Shown: piece after piece, positions 53,365 to 53,934 of the stretch
How positions within the stretch are numbered: the first letter of the stretch is position 1
Layout: every line of letters begins with the position of its first letter
DNA from: Trichoplax sp. H2
Taxonomy: Eukaryota
DNA length: 53,934 nucleotides
Assembly: GCA_003344405.1 (NCBI GenBank)
Contig: NOWV01000164.1
Coordinates: 124,001-177,934 of the forward strand
Direction: 5' to 3'
Position numbers and translations under genes: made by a program
Notes under the pieces: generated by a model
Database searches by the model: none
What the model saw: the letters and a program-made list of their open reading frames with translations, nothing else
What the model was told of the DNA's origin: nothing

Positions 53365-53806
53365 AGATTGGGGAGACCGGACATGATCGTAAAACGTGCA
53401 TCTTTCTGATCTGATCGGACTCGATCTCGTGTATATCTTGGGCATTTATTGGTAAATATGGAGATTGCATTGGAGATAGTGATAGCATCGACTACAGTAC
53501 TGTACTGTATTCCTAATCATGGCAAGATGAAAATGACAGGTGTATTTTGACTATATTTCATGAATTCCAATTTATGAAATTAGCATACGGTTGAACATGA
53601 TGTAGTGGCCTGTAGCATGGCATGCTTTGGTTGGCTACCAAATTCAAAAAGCGAAAGGAGATATCTCTATCGAGGAAATGATACTATGACAAGACGTTGA
53701 ACGAGGAACTTGATAACAATAACAACATCAAATAAGGCAACTGTTGTTCTTGATTCAGCTTGTCAATCCATTGATATACTCTACTTCTACCATGACCGCA
53801 GTTATC
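53365..53806 (-). CDS. Possible internal exons of an unidentified minus-strand gene
   Basis: AG/GT-bounded open segments 53666-53589 (RYLLSLFEFGSQPKHAMLQATTSCST) and 53491-53365 (SMLSLSPMQSPYLPINAQDIHEIESDQIRKMHVL...) join in phase across a 97-nt intron. Another open segment starts at 53806 (DNCGHGRSRVYQWIDKLNQEQQLPYL). No family recognised. Confidence 0.3.
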
Positions 53807-53934
53807 CTATCGTCCATCATAACAATATACACCATAACTACGTGTATTGTGCGTGGTAGACAAAACAGTCTATAACTGCTTGTCGGCTGCATTCTAATTT
53901 GTTAGTCGCCACTCGCTACCATAGTCCGAAATTC

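Overview
AT-rich, intron-dense eukaryotic genomic DNA. Its compact GT-AG introns and gene content fit an early-branching animal such as a placozoan (Trichoplax-like); this is inferred, not proven. The ORF track mostly shows exon fragments, so genes were rebuilt by manual splicing. In order: the 3' part of SYF1/XAB2; a tandem array of four + strand CYP74-clan cytochrome P450 genes (the oxylipin-forming allene oxide synthase / hydroperoxide lyase / epoxyalcohol synthase family; 3.7-38.4 kb) with matching exon structure; MED27 on the - strand; a GTAC-rich modular repeat spanning an assembly gap; SWI5; and weakly supported exons at the right end. The main finding is the third P450 paralog. It keeps an intact, spliceable ~559-aa reading frame but has lost the heme-ligating Cys and the catalytic I-helix Asn, and it carries a ~110-aa C-terminal extension, which makes it a candidate P450 pseudoenzyme. 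The other three paralogs differ at specificity-determining positions. RFX X-box motifs lie near the 5' ends of the first two paralogs.
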